Origin: Nitrospirota bacterium
GTDB taxonomy: Bacteria > Nitrospirota > Thermodesulfovibrionia > Thermodesulfovibrionales > UBA9159
Assembly: GCA_037441365.1 (NCBI GenBank)
Contig: JBBISG010000003.1
Coordinates: 14,624 to 78,623 of the forward strand
DNA length: 64,000 nt
Direction: 5' to 3'
Position 1 is the first letter of the stretch, and every line of letters starts with the position of its first letter. Positions 8,747-17,201 of this stretch are shown piece by piece. Below the pieces are notes generated by a model, which did no database searches, was not told where the DNA came from, and saw only the letters and a list, made by a program, of their open reading frames with translations. Both the position numbers and the translations under genes were made by a program.

Positions 8747-10360
8747 ATGAATCAGGAAACAGTTAAGGGGTCAGGGTTAAAGGGATGGATATTCACCACT
8801 GACCATAAGAGGATTGCGGTTTTATACCTCATTACGAGCCTGGTTGTCTTTACCCTCGGGCTTCTCCTCGCCCTTGTTATGAAGGCCGAGCAGTGGTCAC
8901 CTGGCAAAGACATCATAGACGCAAAGCTCTACAATGTCTTTTTCACAATCCACGGTGCAGGGATGATACTCTGGTGGATGATACCTGTCTATACAGGCTT
9001 TTTTGCAAATCTCCTTGTGCCATTGATGATAGGGGCAAGGGATGTGGCATTTCCGAGGCTTAATGCCCTGAGTTTCTGGTTCTTTGCAGGGGCAACTGTC
9101 ATGGCTGTTTTAGCCCTTGTTACCCCAGGGCGTCTCGATATTGGATGGACGGGCTATCCACCATACTCTATAAAGTCGGATGCAAACACATCCCTCTATG
9201 TCTTTGCTGTCCATCTCCTCGGTGCCTCAGCGCTCGCATCGGCGGTAAATTTTTTAACCACCATCATCACAATGAGGGCGCCAGGTATGACATGGGGGAG
9301 GCTCAACCTTGCTGTATGGGGAATCCTTGGCGCCTTTATCATCCAGCTCTTCGGGATCCCTGTCCTTGCAGGGGCGGTGACACTGCTTCTGTTTGATAAA
9401 TATCTCGGCACAAACTTTTACAACGCTGCCATGGGCGGCTCGTCCATGCTTTATCAGCATCTGTTCTGGTTCTATGCCCATCCTGCCGTCTATGTTATAG
9501 CACTTCCTGCCTTTGGTATCGTATCTGAAATAATCTCCACCTTTTCGAGGAAAAAGATATACGGGTACACAAGCATGGTAATAGCCATAATGGCAATAAC
9601 ATTCCTCGGTTTTGATGTCTGGATTCACCATCTCTTTACAAAAGGTGTTGAGGATTGGGCCAGGATTGTCCAGTCATTACTGACAATACTTATAGGCGTG
9701 CCTACAGGCATAAAGGTCTTCAACTGGCTTGCAACGATGCATAAGGGTTCGATAGAGTTCAAGGCCCCGATGCTCTATGCCGTAGGCTTTATAACGCTGT
9801 TTGTGATCGGAGGGGCGACAGGTATCGCGAATGGCCTTCTGGCGATAGACCTCCATGTGCATGACACACTCTGGGTTGTAGCCCATTTCCATAATGTCCT
9901 TTCAATGGCCATGACCCTCGTTGCATTTGCAGGTATATATTTCTGGTACCCGAAGTTTACAGGCCGCATGTACAGCGAAGGGCTTGCGAAGGTAGCCTTC
10001 TGGATAATCCTCGTGGGCTCGCTGCTTGCATTCGTTCCATTTTATAAACTCGGTCTCCTCGGAATGCCAAGGAGGTACTGGAGCTACCCTGCTGAGTTTA
10101 CGGACACCTACAGGTTAACTGTAATAGGCGGCTATATACTCGTGCTCGGCTTTTTGCTGACACTGGTAAATATAATTCGTTCTGCCTTTGCAGGCGAGAA
10201 GGCTGCTGCAAATCCATGGGGAGCAAAATCCCTCGAATGGACGCTGCCATCCCCTGTGCCTGTATATAACTTTGAGAAGATTCCTGTTATAACAGCAGGC
10301 CCATACGAATATGGAAGGCCTGAGGAGAAGGCCGTCCCTGAGGGCGCCCAGGCTGTTTAA
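8747..10360 (+). CDS. cytochrome c oxidase subunit I (A-type)
   Basis: 537 aa; FFTIHG, WFYAHPAVY, WIHHLFT, VAHFHNV heme/CuB ligand motifs. Confidence 0.95.
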   Translation: MNQETVKGSGLKGWIFTTDHKRIAVLYLITSLVVFTLGLLLALVMKAEQWSPGKDIIDAKLYNVFFTIHGAGMILWWMIPVYTGFFANLLVPLMIGARDVAFPRLNALSFWFFAGATVMAVLALVTPGRLDIGWTGYPPYSIKSDANTSLYVFAVHLLGASALASAVNFLTTIITMRAPGMTWGRLNLAVWGILGAFIIQLFGIPVLAGAVTLLLFDKYLGTNFYNAAMGGSSMLYQHLFWFYAHPAVYVIALPAFGIVSEIISTFSRKKIYGYTSMVIAIMAITFLGFDVWIHHLFTKGVEDWARIVQSLLTILIGVPTGIKVFNWLATMHKGSIEFKAPMLYAVGFITLFVIGGATGIANGLLAIDLHVHDTLWVVAHFHNVLSMAMTLVAFAGIYFWYPKFTGRMYSEGLAKVAFWIILVGSLLAFVPFYKLGLLGMPRRYWSYPAEFTDTYRLTVIGGYILVLGFLLTLVNIIRSAFAGEKAAANPWGAKSLEWTLPSPVPVYNFEKIPVITAGPYEYGRPEEKAVPEGAQAV

Positions 10361-11211
10361 TGCGATTTATAGAGTATATTAAGTTAACATCCCCTGGTAT
10401 AACCCTGTTAGTGGCACTGACAGGCTTTACAGGGATGTGGATTGCCTCCAGAGGAACGGCTGAACCCTTGCTGTTCCTCTGGTGCCTTTTAGGGATTGCC
10501 CTGTCCTCTGCAGGGTCTTCTGTTTTTAACAATTACTATGACAGAGATATTGACCGGTTAATGAAGAGGACATCTAAAAGACCTCTCCCATCAGGGAAGG
10601 TAAATCCGGCAGGTGCGTTTATATTCGGAATCTCTCTCTCTTTAGCGTCCTTCCTGGTTTTAAACTTTTTTGTAAATACTCTATCCGCTGTTTTAGCAGC
10701 ACTTGCCATATTGGTGTATGCCTTCCTTTATACGGTGATACTTAAGAGAAAAACACCCCATGCAACTGAGATAGGTGGGATATCAGGCGCACTTCCTCCT
10801 GTTATTGGATGGGTAGCGGTTAAAGGCAGTGTCGGCATAGAGGCCCTGCTGCTCTTTGCGATAATGTTCCTCTGGCAGCCCCCACACTTCTGGTCACTCG
10901 CATCGAGGTATAGAGAGGATTATAAAAATGCTGGCATTCCAACCATGCCTCTGATAGTCTCTGAAGATGAAACAAACATGCGCTCACTTATATATATTGC
11001 CTCATTGCTTGTGGTGAGTTTTTTGCCTTACCTTACTGGAATGTTTGGTAAGCTTTACCTCTCTGTATCCCTGACCCTCGGAATTATTTATCTTTTGCTT
11101 TATCTCGTGACTCTTTTCTCAAAAAGGGATTTGAACAGGTCCCTCTTTTTTTATTCCATTATATACCTTTCATTGATTTTTTTATGCATGGTCATCGACA
11201 TTCAGGGGTAA
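10360..11211 (+). CDS. ctaB: protoheme IX farnesyltransferase (heme O synthase)
   Basis: 283 aa UbiA-family; NNYYDRDIDRLMKRTSKRPLPSG motif. Confidence 0.9.
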   Translation: MRFIEYIKLTSPGITLLVALTGFTGMWIASRGTAEPLLFLWCLLGIALSSAGSSVFNNYYDRDIDRLMKRTSKRPLPSGKVNPAGAFIFGISLSLASFLVLNFFVNTLSAVLAALAILVYAFLYTVILKRKTPHATEIGGISGALPPVIGWVAVKGSVGIEALLLFAIMFLWQPPHFWSLASRYREDYKNAGIPTMPLIVSEDETNMRSLIYIASLLVVSFLPYLTGMFGKLYLSVSLTLGIIYLLLYLVTLFSKRDLNRSLFFYSIIYLSLIFLCMVIDIQG

Positions 11212-11258
11212 TTCTCTGGAATTCTTTCATATTCTTATAATGGAAAGGATGGATAGAA

Positions 11259-12035
11259 ATGGCAACAGTACTCTTTGATAATGGTGTTCATAAATGTATC
11301 GTCTTTGATGATATTTTAAGCGGAGATGTTAGAGGGACGGACATCCAGGCAAACCAGTTCCTTATAATACACAATGGTGAAGGATTACTGTATGACCCTG
11401 GGGGGAGTAAGGTTTTTGATCCCCTTTATAAAAGGGTTTCAGAATTTATTAAACCTTCGAGGATAAAGACCATCGTGCTTTCCCATCAGGACCCTGACAC
11501 AGGGGCTGCTATAAACTGGTGGATGCTGTTTTCAGCATCTAAGGTCTTTGTGCCGAGTCTCTGGATAAGGTTTATACCACATTTTACCAGATTAGACGTT
11601 GAAGCGGGTTACTATGTCCCCATACCTGAACAGGGGATGCGATATGATTTTCATGGCTCAGAGATAATTATGCTGCCAGCACATTTTCTACATTCCCCTG
11701 GTAATGTCCAGCTTTATGATACAGCCTCGAAGATACTCTTTTCGGGCGACCTGGGGACATCTATTGTTCCCGATGCAAAGTGGTTTACAGAGGTGATAGA
11801 TTTTGAAGAGCATGTGAGATATATGGAAGGCTTTCACAAGAGATATATAGCCTCTCAGAAGGCGTGCAGGCTATGGGCTAATATGGTGAGGAGATTGGAT
11901 ATTGAGGCAATAGTTCCCCAGCATGGACATAGATACTTTAAGGGTAAAGCTATGGTCAACAGATTTATTGACTGGATAAGTGATCTACAGTGTGGCGTGG
12001 ACTTACTCGATGGGGAAAACTACAAAATTCCATAG
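11259..12035 (+). CDS. MBL-fold metallo-protein (variant HQDPD motif; diiron/ODP-like possible)
   Basis: 258 aa; LSHQDPDTGAAINWW in place of HxHxDH; later His/Asp ligand contexts HFLHSPG, FSGDLG, PQHG. Confidence 0.65.
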   Translation: MATVLFDNGVHKCIVFDDILSGDVRGTDIQANQFLIIHNGEGLLYDPGGSKVFDPLYKRVSEFIKPSRIKTIVLSHQDPDTGAAINWWMLFSASKVFVPSLWIRFIPHFTRLDVEAGYYVPIPEQGMRYDFHGSEIIMLPAHFLHSPGNVQLYDTASKILFSGDLGTSIVPDAKWFTEVIDFEEHVRYMEGFHKRYIASQKACRLWANMVRRLDIEAIVPQHGHRYFKGKAMVNRFIDWISDLQCGVDLLDGENYKIP

Positions 12036-12122
12036 TATCCATAATGAATCTACCGCAGCAATGACAAACCTACAACCTGTCATTCCTTCGCTATGTTCAG
12101 GACGGCGGCTGAATCCTTCGAG

Positions 12123-12156
12123 GGATATAGGTCCTATAGGACTTATAAGACCTCTA
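12123..12156. repeat. REP-like element copy 3
   Basis: GGATATAGGTCCTATAGGACTTATAAGACCTCTA; translated spuriously as EGYRSYRTYKTSK in the track ORF 12093. Confidence 0.8.
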
Positions 12157-12161
12157 AAATT

Positions 12162-13541
12162 ATGAGTCTACTCAAAGGGAAAGAGATGGCTTCTGATATT
12201 CTTTTTCCAATCCCAGATCGGGAGTCACGCCGCCTTGCTGCCGGCTGGCTGATACTCAGCATAGCATCCCTTGTCGCTGCCGGATTATTTTCGATAGTCC
12301 TTGTGCTGTCGCGAACACCCTATGTGCAGAACATCTTCCCATGGGTGGATTTTTTTCATTCAGCCCTGGTTGTGCATGTGGACCTTTCGATCCTGATATG
12401 GTTTCTCTGCTTTGGAGGTGTGTTGTGGAGTATAAACTCTCTCCCGAGGTGGTCGGGTCTGGGCTGGCTGTCCCTTTTCCTTTCAGCTTCAGGAGGTTTA
12501 ATAATAGCTATTTCGCCATTTCTCGGAGCAGGTCGCCCTCTCATGAACAACTACGTGCCTGTCCTTCAGGACCCTATGTTTTTTGCCGGACTTGCAGTAT
12601 TTGCAGTAGGAATCCTCCTGATGCTGGCGCGAAGTTTAGCAGCTCATACCCCTCTGGGGAGTCTGATGGATATTGCGAGTGGATTAAGATTCGGGATTTA
12701 TGCCTCGTCGATGACTGCATCTATCGGAGCGGTTGCGATTGTCTGGTCGTATCTGACTATCCCCGATGCCATTCAGGGCACGGTGTATTATGAGGTTCTC
12801 TTCTGGGGAGGGGGGCATATCCTTCAGTTTGTATATCTCATACTCATGCTTGTTGCATGGCTGTGGTTGGCCTATGTTTCTGGTATACCCTTTCGCATGA
12901 GTCCACTGATAGTTATCCTTCTATTTGGGCTCCTCCTTGCGGTGGTTCTTCTTACCCCGGTGATTTATCTATCCTTTGATACAGGCTCATTTGGGCATCG
13001 GCAGTCATTCACCCTGTTGATGAAATACGGCATGGGGCTGCCGCCACTCTTGATCGGCATGGTTTTGCTGAAGGGGATTTTGCAGAGAAAGGCCACTGAA
13101 AATATGCGCCATATCCGTGCAGCCCTTACCACCTCTATGGTGCTTTTTGGATCTGGTGGGGTTATCGGTTTCTTAATCAATGGCATTAATGTCACTATAC
13201 CATCCCATTATCATGGCGCTATTGTAGGAGTGACCCTGTCATTCATGGGATTGACTTACTATCTATTGCCCCATCTCGGTTTCCGCAATCCCACACCCCG
13301 CCTCTCCATCATCCAGCCCTATATTTATGGTATTGGCCAGCTTTTGCACATCCTCGGCCTCGCCTGGGCAGGCGGCTATGGTGTCCAGCGCAAGGTGGCA
13401 GGCAGCGCTCAGGGCCTGGATAGCTTCAAGAAGATGTTGAGCATGGGGATCATGGGCATTGGTGGATTTATAGCCGTTATCGGAGGCTTCCTGTTTTTAG
13501 TGGTGGTTATTCATGCCTTGTGGCCTACCCGTGAACAGTGA
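12162..13541 (+). CDS. heme-copper-oxidase-subunit-I-like 12-TM membrane protein (divergent)
   Basis: start moved to ATG 12162 (alt 12186) past the REP copy; LFWGGGHILQF and GGVIGF...IPSHYHGAIVG parallel helix VI and X motifs of the coxI in this window. Confidence 0.5.
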   Translation: MSLLKGKEMASDILFPIPDRESRRLAAGWLILSIASLVAAGLFSIVLVLSRTPYVQNIFPWVDFFHSALVVHVDLSILIWFLCFGGVLWSINSLPRWSGLGWLSLFLSASGGLIIAISPFLGAGRPLMNNYVPVLQDPMFFAGLAVFAVGILLMLARSLAAHTPLGSLMDIASGLRFGIYASSMTASIGAVAIVWSYLTIPDAIQGTVYYEVLFWGGGHILQFVYLILMLVAWLWLAYVSGIPFRMSPLIVILLFGLLLAVVLLTPVIYLSFDTGSFGHRQSFTLLMKYGMGLPPLLIGMVLLKGILQRKATENMRHIRAALTTSMVLFGSGGVIGFLINGINVTIPSHYHGAIVGVTLSFMGLTYYLLPHLGFRNPTPRLSIIQPYIYGIGQLLHILGLAWAGGYGVQRKVAGSAQGLDSFKKMLSMGIMGIGGFIAVIGGFLFLVVVIHALWPTREQ

Positions 13542-13661
13542 GCAATATTTTCCTATTTCCTATTTCCCAGCTTCATCAATGCGGTAGTGCGATAGTCTGA
13601 CTGTCACTCAGCTGCCCCTCAGTATTCAATTTTGAATTATAAAGTTACCTAAAATTATAAC

Positions 13662-13691
13662 TTGACAATTTTAAGAATTCAGGATTAAAAT
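13662..13691 (+). promoter_or_regulatory. sigma-70-like promoter (TTGACA-18 nt-TAAAAT)
   Basis: read directly upstream of the 13870 operon. Confidence 0.4.
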
Positions 13692-13744
13692 AATCTTGAT
13701 TATGATTTACCGAAAAAACCGAGAAATGCTTTTTATGGTCAAAA

Positions 13745-13767
13745 AGGACGGTTTCCGTCCTGTTTTT
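13745..13767 (+). terminator. intrinsic-terminator-like hairpin in the 5' leader (AGGACGG-ttt-CCGTCCT + GTTTTT)
   Basis: 7-bp GC-rich stem, 3-nt loop, T-run; sits between the promoter at 13662 and the ATG at 13870. Confidence 0.4.
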
Positions 13768-13869
13768 AAATACCAAGAGGAGGGTTTAAGATGGCAGAAG
13801 AAGCAGTAGGTATGAATGGAAACCTGTAAAGGGTTTCGCTCATTAAAAACTAAAAAGGAGGAAATTGAT

Positions 13870-15207
13870 ATGTATCCTATCTGGGAAGTGCCAAATTTAA
13901 GTGCGGGGATTATACTGGCACTGATTGCAGCATTTCATATCCTGCCCTCACATCTCTCGACAAGTGCCATGTGGTTTAATGTCTTTGTAGAGACAAAGGC
14001 ATACAGGGAAAACAGGCCTGAATATCTTGAATTCATTAAAAAATACACTCTGCTTTTGCTTGTATTCGCCTATGTCCTCGGTTCCTTGAGCGGAATTGGC
14101 ATCTGGTATTCTGCCACTGTGGCAAACCCGAGGGGTATTTCAGGTCTGATCCACAACTATGTCTGGGGATGGGCAACAGAATGGGTCTTTTTCATAATCG
14201 AGGTGACAGGGATATTCATCTATTACTATACCCTCGGCAAGGTGGATAGAAAGACCCATCTGAAGATCGGCTGGATATTTGCCATTGGCTCATGGACGAC
14301 CATGGTAATTATTGTCGGCATTTTAGCCTTTATGCTTTCGCCAGGCAAATGGCCTGAGACAGGAAATTTCTTTGACGGCTTCTTCAACCAGACATACTGG
14401 TCTCAGCTTTTGATGAGGACTACATTGATGTTTGGCATTGCAGCAGCCTATGCCATTGCAGTGGCAACGAGGATAAAAAATGCGGATGTGAGGTCATTCA
14501 TTACGAAGACAGCATCAAAGTGGGGAGTAGCAGGTTTAATACTCGGCTGTGTTTTGTTCTTATGGTACCTGAAGACCCTTCCTGATGCAAACCGTATGTT
14601 GATTACAGCGCTTGTGCCGCAGGGACTTAAGACAGGGATAATTGTTTCGTTAGGGTTGTTGGTTCTCTATTTCATCTATGCAAATGTAAAACCTCTCGGC
14701 ATCAGACTTTTTCCTGCTATTCTGGCAATCGCTGTGCTTTTTGGAGGCATCTGGTCAACCGAGAGAATCAGGGAAATGATAAGGAAGCCATATATCATTC
14801 CTCAATATATGTATTCCAACCAGATAATAGGAAAGGACATTCCAGCAAAGGGTGTAAGCGCTGAGGCAAAAATTATAAACGAAAAGGGGATACTCAAGGT
14901 TGCACCCTTTGTGCCTGATGGTTTAAGGGAGATAAACGAAGGCAATCAGGTGCAGGCAGGAAAGATGATAGCCCTGATTGAATGCTCATCCTGTCATGTC
15001 CTAAATGAAAAGGGTTTAAGGGCAATGCCGCAGATGGTGAGGAGGCTTGAGTTTAAACCCCATGCAGAGGCTGCTGATGAGATCAAAGAGGTTGAGGGCT
15101 TTATTGATGCGCTTGGTGGATACCCTTATATGCCGCCTTTTGTTGGTTCAGTAGCAGAGAAAAAGGCATTAGCAACATATCTGCATTCAATTTCACGCAT
15201 CAAATAA
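13870..15207 (+). CDS. cytochrome bd subunit-I-like membrane domain fused to a C-terminal mono-heme cytochrome c
   Basis: ATG 13870 has an AAAGGAGGA SD; N-terminal helices recall CydA (AFHILPSHLS, ATEWVFFIIEVTG); C-terminal CSSCH with downstream Met. Confidence 0.5.
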   Translation: MYPIWEVPNLSAGIILALIAAFHILPSHLSTSAMWFNVFVETKAYRENRPEYLEFIKKYTLLLLVFAYVLGSLSGIGIWYSATVANPRGISGLIHNYVWGWATEWVFFIIEVTGIFIYYYTLGKVDRKTHLKIGWIFAIGSWTTMVIIVGILAFMLSPGKWPETGNFFDGFFNQTYWSQLLMRTTLMFGIAAAYAIAVATRIKNADVRSFITKTASKWGVAGLILGCVLFLWYLKTLPDANRMLITALVPQGLKTGIIVSLGLLVLYFIYANVKPLGIRLFPAILAIAVLFGGIWSTERIREMIRKPYIIPQYMYSNQIIGKDIPAKGVSAEAKIINEKGILKVAPFVPDGLREINEGNQVQAGKMIALIECSSCHVLNEKGLRAMPQMVRRLEFKPHAEAADEIKEVEGFIDALGGYPYMPPFVGSVAEKKALATYLHSISRIK

Positions 15208-15217
15208 GGAGGATAAC

Positions 15218-16429
15218 ATGGAAATAAATACAATGTTAAAGGCCTTGCAGGATCCGATGGGGGTACCATTTTATCCGGTTGTGTTTCAGGTTTTGATGGT
15301 GCTCACTTTTGCACTTCATATAATGTTCGTGAATTTTACCCTCGGGACATCATTCTTATCCGTATATGGATATCTAAAGGGAGGAGAAAACTGGGGAAGG
15401 CTTTCTAGATCACTTGCGAAGGCAACCACAGCCAATATCTCCATGGCAATGCTTTTAGGGGTAGCGCCGCTTCTCTTTGTTCAGGTTGTGTATGACCCGT
15501 TCTGGTATGCATCCAATACCCTTTCTGCCGCATGGGTTATAGGTTTTATATTCATAATGATGCTCGGCTACAGCCTGACATATGTCTTCTACCTGAAGAG
15601 GGATTCAAGGGGAGGAGGCTTTGCTATATTCGGGGTTATAGCCTTAGCCCTCTTTCTGCTTTCAGGCATCATCATGCATGCCCTCGGGTATCAACTGCTT
15701 CAACCTGAAAAGTGGCTTCAATGGTATGTGAGGGGAAATTCTGTTGATACATCCGGGACATCCCTACATGCCTTCCAGCTTCCGAGGTTTCTGCATTTCA
15801 TTATCCCGTCCTTTGCCATGACAGGCATATTCCTGATGCTTTATGCATGGTATTTCAAAAACAGGACAGATTCCGATAAAGGCTATCTTGAATGGGTTGG
15901 CAGAACCGGCGCAAAGATGGCATTCACTTTTACAGCCATACAGGCCATTGTCGGCTTCTGGTGGTTGTTCAGTCTGCCTGGTGAGTTCAATTTCTTCACA
16001 AGCCCGTTCTTTCTAATAGGCGCAGCGCTTGGAATCGCATTGCTGTTTTTTCTCTATAATGCGCAGAAGGATCCCGTTAAATACGCAGTGCCGGGCATAC
16101 TGGGGGCTTTCCTGACAATCCTTGGAATGTCCTATGCGAGGGAAGCTTTGAGGATGAAATATCTCAGCCGCTTTGATTATTCCATCTTTAACTACAAGCT
16201 GAATATTGACTGGGGCAGCACAGCCTTATTCCTAACAACATTTGTGATGGGCCTGTCCATCATAGGCTATCTTATATCCGTTGCATATAAGTCCGGCAGG
16301 GTCGCGGGTGAATTTACTGCCACGCCTTCCATGAACAAATGGGGAAGGATCAGCATTGCCTTGCTTTTGGCCTGGATAGTTGTGGTGGCAGGGTTGGGGG
16401 TTATAATATCTCTCAAAAACTACTTATGA
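15218..16429 (+). CDS. polytopic membrane protein, operon partner of the bd-like subunit (function unknown)
   Basis: 403 aa, about 9-10 hydrophobic helices; AAGGAGGA SD; 10-nt gap from the upstream gene. Confidence 0.5.
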   Translation: MEINTMLKALQDPMGVPFYPVVFQVLMVLTFALHIMFVNFTLGTSFLSVYGYLKGGENWGRLSRSLAKATTANISMAMLLGVAPLLFVQVVYDPFWYASNTLSAAWVIGFIFIMMLGYSLTYVFYLKRDSRGGGFAIFGVIALALFLLSGIIMHALGYQLLQPEKWLQWYVRGNSVDTSGTSLHAFQLPRFLHFIIPSFAMTGIFLMLYAWYFKNRTDSDKGYLEWVGRTGAKMAFTFTAIQAIVGFWWLFSLPGEFNFFTSPFFLIGAALGIALLFFLYNAQKDPVKYAVPGILGAFLTILGMSYAREALRMKYLSRFDYSIFNYKLNIDWGSTALFLTTFVMGLSIIGYLISVAYKSGRVAGEFTATPSMNKWGRISIALLLAWIVVVAGLGVIISLKNYL

Positions 16430-16435
16430 GTAAAA

Positions 16436-16467
16436 AGTCCGCAAAAGGTCTGACCCTTTGCGGACTT
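16436..16467. terminator. bidirectional terminator hairpin (AGTCCGCAAA...TTTGCGGACT)
   Basis: 10-bp perfect stem plus extra pairs between convergent gene ends 16429 (+) and 16472 (-). Confidence 0.6.
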
Positions 16468-16471
16468 CCTC

Positions 16472-16648
16472 TTAATTTGTGAGCCTTTCATTTTTGAAGA
16501 CCCTGTAGCCGCAGAAGTGGCATACCGTCTCCTCTTCATCCGACCAGAGCTCAACATCCTCCCCACATTCCGGACAGGTGATGAGATCAGGGAAAGGTGA
16601 GTATTTTTCAGCACAGGCAGGTTTTTCCTTAAACCCCGACTTTTTCAT
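16472..16648 (-). CDS. 58-aa zinc-ribbon protein (CPEC-x15-CHFC), below the track cutoff
   Basis: hand translation MKKSGFKEKPACAEKYSPFPDLITCPECGEDVELWSDEEETVCHFCGYRVFKNERLTN*; ATG overlaps the end of the upstream gene by 20 nt. Confidence 0.45.
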   Translation of the reverse strand: MKKSGFKEKPACAEKYSPFPDLITCPECGEDVELWSDEEETVCHFCGYRVFKNERLTN

Positions 16649-17078
16649 TTGCCTTCCTCCAGCCTTCCCTCGACAGTCTCTCCATCCTTGTGGTGGCCCA
16701 TTCCTTGAGCTCCTCGAGATATCTCCGGGGATTTATCTTTGCAAGCTTCATTATCTCTGTTCTTTCCACTACGCTGTCCAGATGGTCTGTGGGATAAATT
16801 CCTCGCCATGTACAGTAACCCTCATCAAAGATAAAATCAGGGGTTATATTGTGGACACCTGTCTTTATCTTCTGTGCCTGAAATCTTGCAATGTCCATAT
16901 CGTATTCAATAATCCAGCCGTTGTCGGCCACCATCGTCTCTGGATTGAATTTGATACTACTCGAACACTGCGGACAGTACAGCCTGCTTATGACCTCACC
17001 TGACATTATCTCGTCTTTGAAGTTGAAGCCTGCCAGGCCGTTTCCACAACTACAGTTTATTTCATATGCCATGCACAT
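16629..17078 (-). CDS. hypothetical Cys-motif protein (CSCGNG ... CPQCSS)
   Basis: 149 aa from ATG 17078 (AAGGAGGA SD 7 nt upstream); no family recognised. Confidence 0.6.
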   Translation of the reverse strand: MCMAYEINCSCGNGLAGFNFKDEIMSGEVISRLYCPQCSSSIKFNPETMVADNGWIIEYDMDIARFQAQKIKTGVHNITPDFIFDEGYCTWRGIYPTDHLDSVVERTEIMKLAKINPRRYLEELKEWATTRMERLSREGWRKANEKVGV

Positions 17079-17100
17079 CTCCAAATCCTCCTTAGGTTTT

Positions 17101-17160
17101 TGTCATTCTGAGGCGAAGAATCTCTATAATAAGAGATGCTTCACTTCATTCAGCATGACA
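17101..17160. repeat. imperfect 25-29-nt inverted repeat (TGTCATTCTGAGGCGAAGAATCTCT-ataata-AGAGATGCTTCACTTCATTCAGCATGACA)
   Basis: read directly in the spacer downstream of the rubrerythrin-like gene stop (17202) and upstream of the 17078 gene start. Confidence 0.5.
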
Positions 17161-17201
17161 GATTGATGGATCAAGTCCTCTGTTGACAGGCCCTTACATG
17201 G

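Noticed and set aside
12033-12095. Stop-codon readthrough or Sec joining the MBL-fold ORF (11259..12035) to the same-frame ORF at 12093
   Set aside because: The stop is TAG and is followed within 12 nt by in-frame TAA and TGA. The intervening sequence is repeat DNA.
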